The notes under the pieces: generated by a model
The model's input: the letters and a program-made list of their open reading frames with translations, nothing else
Database searches by the model: none
What the model was told of the DNA's origin: nothing
Shown: in pieces, positions 63,980 to 64,000 of the stretch
How positions within the stretch are numbered: the stretch's first letter is position 1
Layout: every line of letters starts with the position of its first letter
Made by a program: the position numbers and the translations under genes
DNA from: Candidatus Obscuribacterales bacterium
Lineage (GTDB): Bacteria > Cyanobacteriota > Vampirovibrionia > Obscuribacterales > Obscuribacteraceae
Assembly (NCBI GenBank): GCA_019750335.1
Contig: JAIEOQ010000012.1
Coordinates: 13,211 to 77,210, forward strand
Length of the DNA stretch: 64,000 nucleotides
Reading direction: 5' to 3'

Positions 63980-64000
63980 GAGCATAAAATGAGAGCTGTA

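Noticed and set aside
63989-64000. An ATG at 63989, preceded by AGGAG, may start another gene at the right edge.
   Set aside because: Only four codons are visible, which is too little to call a feature.
1-64000. I scanned for CRISPR arrays, IS elements, integrases, prophage genes, and rRNA or tRNA genes.
   Set aside because: I found no short direct-repeat/spacer periodicity, no transposase or integrase-like ORFs, and no convincing structured-RNA signatures. The only repeats are the 3-kb tandem gene duplication and paralogous gene pairs.

Overview
This 64 kb window reads as a densely packed chromosomal segment from a diderm (LPS-making) bacterium. GC looks mid-40s % by eye, and TTG/GTG starts are common. 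Most of it is housekeeping. On the left are ybaB-recR, an LPS core block (waaA-lpxK-GT9 heptosyltransferase), priA, the rpsB-tsf-pyrH-frr-glmS block, a PilQ-type secretin with an upstream TPR protein, and hemW. Next come a Ser/Thr kinase, a cell-wall operon (AMIN-amidase, murI, family-4 UDG), the H+-pyrophosphatase hppA, and ftsZ flanked by TPR proteins. Further right are uvrA, a fur-feoA cluster, a patatin phospholipase, an RNase E/G plus fused radical-SAM pair, ymdB and hsp20. The right end holds a nucleoside-type ABC transporter with two BMP-family binding proteins. I found no rRNA, tRNA, CRISPR array, transposase or integrase. The one clearly accessory region is about 45.99-56.6 kb. It is a tandem duplication of a module made of a conserved leader, a roughly 1000-aa TadG-like membrane-anchored protein with a polyproline tail, a conserved hairpin and a small secreted helical protein. 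A DUF1111 di-haem lipoprotein sits inside the second copy, and a small membrane protein plus two TadE-like pseudopilins follow. No Flp pilin, prepilin peptidase, ATPase or platform genes are nearby. Most of each giant protein matches no family I recognise, so this is my best candidate for an undescribed surface or pilus-associated system. All functional calls come from reading motifs in the supplied translations; no database search was run.
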